This document shows positions 60,442-64,000 of a DNA stretch of 64,000 bases, in pieces. Position 1 is the stretch's first letter. Every line of letters starts with the position of its first letter. The translations under genes and the position numbers were made by a program. This stretch comes from Phenylobacterium sp. (GTDB taxonomy: Bacteria; Pseudomonadota; Alphaproteobacteria; Caulobacterales; Caulobacteraceae), in contig NZ_OZ260078.1 in NCBI RefSeq assembly GCF_965284355.1, positions 1,199,111 through 1,263,110 on the forward strand. Direction: 5' to 3'. The notes under the pieces are model-generated. The model saw only the letters and a list, made by a program, of their open reading frames with translations, ran no database searches and was not told the origin of the DNA.

Positions 60442-60933
60442 CTACAGAGAGCTCAGGATCTCGGCGACGCAGCTATCGGCGTCGCGTCCGGCAGTGTCGA
60501 TCACTAGGCGTTCGCGCGTCCAGGGGCGATAGTCGCGCGCGGCGACCTCTTCCCAGGTCGGCGGCGTCAGGCCGGGCACGTCAGGCGCACGGGACTCGAC
60601 CCGCCGGCGGTGCTCCGCAGCGTCGCTGCAGATGATCTCGATCTCCACGAACTCGGCCGCCGCTCGTCGCGCGGCGTCGCGCCAGGCGTCGCGGGTCTCC
60701 ATCCAGGGGTTCACGCTGTCGCCGACCACGTCCAGGCCCAGGCGCAGGTTGTCGACGGCCAGGGCGCAGGCGGCGCGGTAGCCTTCGTCGGTGATCGGGG
60801 TCGCCTCGTCGGCGATGGCCGTCTCAATGGTGTCGATGCGCAGCCAGACGGCCCGGAGCTGGCGGGCCAGCTCGCGGGCTATGGTCGATTTCCCGGTTCC
60901 CGGCAGGCCTGCGAAGACGACCAGCAGGGGCAA
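60442..60933 (-). CDS. P-loop kinase-like AAA-family ATPase
   Basis: 163 aa with Walker A GLPGTGKST at the N-terminus. The TTG start is 4 nt after the dehydrogenase stop. Confidence 0.65.
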   Translation of the reverse strand: MPLLVVFAGLPGTGKSTIARELARQLRAVWLRIDTIETAIADEATPITDEGYRAACALAVDNLRLGLDVVGDSVNPWMETRDAWRDAARRAAAEFVEIEIICSDAAEHRRRVESRAPDVPGLTPPTWEEVAARDYRPWTRERLVIDTAGRDADSCVAEILSSL

Positions 60934-60937
60934 GGGG

Positions 60938-62014
60938 TCAGGCCGCCGCCTGCTTGCGCACGGCGCCGACGATGCGGGCCTTGGCGATCTCGTTGGCGAC
61001 TTCGTGGGTGGGGCGGCGTTCGTGCTGGGCCTGGTCGAGGACTTCCTCGAGGGTCAGCATCAGGCGGTCGAGCTTGGCGTCCACCCAGGCCGGGTCGAAG
61101 GCTTCGTCGCGGTCGAGGGCGCGGATCTCGCCGGCGACGTTGATGATGCCGCCCCCGTTGATGACGTAGTCGGGGGCGTAGAGAACGCCGCGGTTGAAGA
61201 GTTCGCGGCCCGCGTCGGCGGAGGCCAGCTGATTGTTCGCGGCGCCGGCGATGATCTTCGCCCGGATGCGCGACAGGGTGTCGAGGCTGATGGCGCCGCC
61301 CAGGGCGCAGGGGGCGAAGACGTCGGCTTCGACGTCGAAGATGGCGGAGGGGGCCACGACCTCGGCGTTCGTCTCGGCGCCCACGCGGCGCAGGGTCTCG
61401 CCGTTGACGTCGGTGAGGATCAGCCGGGCGCCGGCAGCGTGCAGCTTCTTCGCCAGGTATTCGCCGACGTGGCCCACGCCCTGGATGGCGACGCGGACGC
61501 CGCCCAAGTCGCGCTTCAGCGCGCGCTGCACGCAGAGGCGCACGCCGCGGAACACGCCCTCGGCGGTGACCGGGCTGGGGTCGCCCGAGGCGGCGGCGTG
61601 GCCGTCGAGGCCGGCGACGTAGCGGGTCTGGGTGCGGGCGTAGGCCAGGTCGACGGGCGAGACGCCCACGTCCTCGGCGGTCCAGTACTTGCCGCCGACG
61701 TCTTCCACGGCGCGGCCGAAGGCTTCGAACAGCTGAGGCGTCTTCTGGGTGCGGCTGTCGCCGATGATGACCGACTTGCCGCCGCCCAACTCGAGGTCGG
61801 CCATGGCGTTCTTGTAGGACATGGCGCGCGAGAGGCGCAGCGCGTCGACCAGGGCCTCTTCCGAGGACGCGTAGGGCCACATGCGGCAGCCGCCGGCAGC
61901 GGGGCCGCGCGCGGTGGAGTGGACGGCGATGATGCACTTCAGGCCGGATTTTTCATCCGAGAAGGCGTGGACGCCTTCATGTCCCTCGAATGCCGGGGAA
62001 TCGAACAAGGTCAT
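60938..62014 (-). CDS. Glu/Leu/Phe/Val dehydrogenase family (leucine/phenylalanine dehydrogenase-like)
   Basis: 358 aa with the catalytic Lys context LGGGKSVI and the NAD fold VAIQGVGHVGEYLAKKL. Confidence 0.85.
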   Translation of the reverse strand: MTLFDSPAFEGHEGVHAFSDEKSGLKCIIAVHSTARGPAAGGCRMWPYASSEEALVDALRLSRAMSYKNAMADLELGGGKSVIIGDSRTQKTPQLFEAFGRAVEDVGGKYWTAEDVGVSPVDLAYARTQTRYVAGLDGHAAASGDPSPVTAEGVFRGVRLCVQRALKRDLGGVRVAIQGVGHVGEYLAKKLHAAGARLILTDVNGETLRRVGAETNAEVVAPSAIFDVEADVFAPCALGGAISLDTLSRIRAKIIAGAANNQLASADAGRELFNRGVLYAPDYVINGGGIINVAGEIRALDRDEAFDPAWVDAKLDRLMLTLEEVLDQAQHERRPTHEVANEIAKARIVGAVRKQAAA

Positions 62015-62074
62015 GCCGTGAACTCTATATCCTGGGGGAGGAATTTCGCTGCATCTACGCCTCGCCGGGTCATC

Positions 62075-63100
62075 TCACAACCCCGCGGCGCGGCGCGAAG
62101 CGTCGCGGTTGGCGTCCTTGGCGGCGCCGGGGATCGGCGGCGCGTCGGACGGCAGCGGCGCGTCGGGATCGCGGATGAAGCTGAGCATGTCGGCGATCAC
62201 CACCGCGCGCTGCTTGTCGCGGGTGAGCAGATGGTGGCCGGCGGCGTAGTAGGCGCTGCGGTCCGAGGGCTGGAGGCGCTTCACCGCCTTGAAGGCGGCG
62301 TTCTTGGGGATGATCTGGTCGTTGGCGCCGTAGAGGTAGAACGTGGGCACGTGGTCGTCGCCGACCCGGGCGGCCGCCTTGTCCATCAGCTTGACCAGCC
62401 CGTAGAGGGTGTCGGACCGCGCGCCCCAGATCATCAGCCGGTCGCGGCCCATGGCGATCAGCTCGTCGCGGTTGTCGGTGGGGTAGATGCGGTTCGTGAC
62501 CCAGCGGGGCGGCGTGTAGACCTTGCCGGCCGTGAAGTTGGCGGCCAGCCACAGCAGGGTCTTGTTGGGCAGGGGCTGGGACTTGAAGCCCCAGACGCCG
62601 GGGGCCAGCAGCAGCAGGCGGTCGGCCGGCGGCGGGTCGTCGCCCGCGAAGGCGACAGCGGCCACCGAGCCGCCCATGCTCTCGCCCACCACGGCGACGA
62701 CGGCGTTCGGATGCCGGGCGCGCGCCAGGGCGGTCACCGTGCGCAGGTCCTGGCTCATCAGCTCGGCGCCGGCCCACACGCCGCGGCCGGGAGAGCGGCC
62801 GAAGCCGCGCTGGTCGTAGGCGTAGGTCGTCACGCCCTGGGCGGCCCAGGCCTCGGCGGCGAAGTGGAAGGCGTTGGCGTAGTCGTTCATGCCGTGGGCG
62901 GCGACGATGACGGCCCACGGCTCGCCCTCGGCCTGCCACGTCGTGAGCCCCAGCCGCGCGCCGTCGAAGGTGACCACCGCGTCGCTCTCGAAGTGGGGGC
63001 CCTGGAAGCCCGCGGCCGGGGTCAGCGGCTGCTGCCGCAGCATGGGCGAGCAGGCCGATAGCGTCAGCAGCAGGACGGCGAGGACGAGACGCATCATCAC
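62075..63100 (-). CDS. Alpha/beta hydrolase (lysophospholipase-like) lipoprotein
   Basis: Lipobox LTLSAC, an HG oxyanion motif (VAAHGMNDY) and the nucleophile elbow GESMGG. Confidence 0.85.
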   Translation of the reverse strand: MMMRLVLAVLLLTLSACSPMLRQQPLTPAAGFQGPHFESDAVVTFDGARLGLTTWQAEGEPWAVIVAAHGMNDYANAFHFAAEAWAAQGVTTYAYDQRGFGRSPGRGVWAGAELMSQDLRTVTALARARHPNAVVAVVGESMGGSVAAVAFAGDDPPPADRLLLLAPGVWGFKSQPLPNKTLLWLAANFTAGKVYTPPRWVTNRIYPTDNRDELIAMGRDRLMIWGARSDTLYGLVKLMDKAAARVGDDHVPTFYLYGANDQIIPKNAAFKAVKRLQPSDRSAYYAAGHHLLTRDKQRAVVIADMLSFIRDPDAPLPSDAPPIPGAAKDANRDASRRAAGL

Positions 63101-63132
63101 GGGGGACTATAGAGCCCGCCCGTTAACCCTGA

Positions 63133-63157
63133 GAAAAGGGCGACCTTGCGTCGCCCT
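63133..63157 (-). terminator. Intrinsic terminator after the GST gene
   Basis: The minus strand reads GGGCGAC-gcaag-GTCGCCC followed by TTTTCTC. Confidence 0.6.
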
Positions 63158-63161
63158 CCCC

Positions 63162-63800
63162 TTACCCGATGCCGAACATCGCCCGTTCCTGGGTCACGAT
63201 CGGCGCGAACGAGGGCCGCGCCAGGATCGCGTCGACGTACTTCGCCGTGCGCGGATAGGACTGGGCGTCGATGCCGTGGCCGCAGAGCACCAGGTTCTGG
63301 AAGGGGCTGGCCACGGCGAGGTCGGCGAGGGTGATCCGGTCCTCCAACAGGAAGCCCGACTCGGGAATCGTCTTCTCAAGGTAGCTGAAGATGGCCGGAA
63401 GCTGCGCCTTGCCCGTCTCGACGGCGGCGGCATTGGTCTCCTGATTGAGGAAGCGCGGCGCCACGACCAAGTTGAAGAACAACGCCCCGGCGGCGGCCAC
63501 CAGGATGGTGTCGGCGAACTCGTCGTACCAGATGGCCCGCGCCCGGGCCCTGGGCTCGGCGGGGATCAGGTTCGGCTCGGGCTGGATCGCCTCGAGATAG
63601 GTGACGATGGCCGAGGAGTCCGAGATCAGGAAGTCGCCGTCCCGGAAGCCCGGCATCTTGCCGAAGGGGCTGGCGTCCTTGAACTCGGGCGGGCCCGCGC
63701 CCATCCCGGCCTGCTGCAATTCGACGGCGATCCCCTTCTCTGCGGCGAAGGCCAGCGTCTTGCGGACAAAGGGGCTGAGCGTGGAGCCGTAGACGATCAT
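63162..63800 (-). CDS. Glutathione S-transferase family protein
   Basis: 212 aa with an N-terminal thioredoxin-like fold (LSPFVRK...GKMPGF...ISDSSAIVTYLE) and a helical C-terminal domain. Confidence 0.88.
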   Translation of the reverse strand: MIVYGSTLSPFVRKTLAFAAEKGIAVELQQAGMGAGPPEFKDASPFGKMPGFRDGDFLISDSSAIVTYLEAIQPEPNLIPAEPRARARAIWYDEFADTILVAAAGALFFNLVVAPRFLNQETNAAAVETGKAQLPAIFSYLEKTIPESGFLLEDRITLADLAVASPFQNLVLCGHGIDAQSYPRTAKYVDAILARPSFAPIVTQERAMFGIG

Positions 63801-64000
63801 GGGGTTTCCTCCTTCTCCGCGCCCGGCAGGCGCATGCGCCAGACGCCCCGGAACGTGTCGGGGTCGGCCGGCTTGTTGTGGCGCAGGATCACCAGCTTGT
63901 CCTGGCGCGCAAGGCCGATGGCGACGGCCCGCACCTTGCCAAGCTCGCGCTGCCAGCGCTCTTCGCTGAGCGCCCGCGCCACCTGCTCGGGCGAGATCGA
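63797..64000 (-). CDS. 3' part of a CDS truncated by the window edge; function unknown
   Basis: The reading frame stays open to position 64000. Its stop overlaps the GST start (ATGA). GC3-rich. Confidence 0.4.
   Translation of the reverse strand, partial: SISPEQVARALSEERWQRELGKVRAVAIGLARQDKLVILRHNKPADPDTFRGVWRMRLPGAEKEETP

Noticed and set aside
60791-63061. 756-aa plus-strand ORF
   Set aside because: It is antisense to the clearly recognisable kinase-like, Leu/Phe dehydrogenase and alpha/beta hydrolase genes, and its composition (G/A/R/D/V runs) is artefactual.
1-64000. Search for tRNA/rRNA genes and CRISPR arrays
   Set aside because: No T-arm/acceptor-like signatures (GGTTCGAATCC-type) occur in a non-coding context. 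There are no rRNA-like conserved stretches, and no regularly spaced direct repeats with unique spacers. The only repeats are the REP-like inverted elements listed.

Overview
High-GC alphaproteobacterial chromosome segment. Gene content and order resemble Caulobacteraceae (Caulobacter/Phenylobacterium-like); this is inferred from gene content only, with no search run. The left third (about 1.1-20.5 kb) is a flagellar supercluster: cckA, flhB-fliR-fliQ, fliE-flgC-flgB, the divergent fliO-fliP, fliL-fliM plus three poorly characterised downstream genes, and flgF-flgG-flgA-flgH. An osmoprotectant-type ABC transporter and sodC interrupt it. Recognisable CtrA-type (TTAA-N7-TTAA, TTAACCAT) and sigma54 (GG-N10-GC) promoter elements sit in the divergent intergenic regions. 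The rest is housekeeping and accessory: xseB-ispA-dxs, an HDAC/GNAT pair, a resolvase-like gene lacking the catalytic Ser next to a PEPxxWA-CTERM protein, and an orphan CoxE-like VWA protein. It continues with TetR-MFS, an SOS-box-preceded radical-SAM/uracil-DNA-glycosylase-family operon, TspO/S41 peptidase/membrane AraC, and a MASE1 hybrid kinase. Then come NhaA/MAPEG, an arsI-arsR-aquaporin arsenic locus with a repeated operator-like motif, and a KaiC-like ATPase coupled to a pseudo-receiver HWE kinase. The last genes are amtB, LeuDH, a hydrolase and a GST. The most unusual module is a translationally coupled trio at 57.9-60.4 kb: an Lgt-family membrane transferase paralog, a Cys-rich radical SAM enzyme of the MJ0619/tetraether-lipid-synthase-like type, and a small membrane protein. 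Four intergenic loci carry structured REP-like inverted-repeat elements whose hairpins are kept by compensatory substitutions. No tRNA, rRNA, CRISPR array, transposase or prophage was seen. Many long ORFs in the track are antisense or over-extended high-GC artefacts and were rejected.
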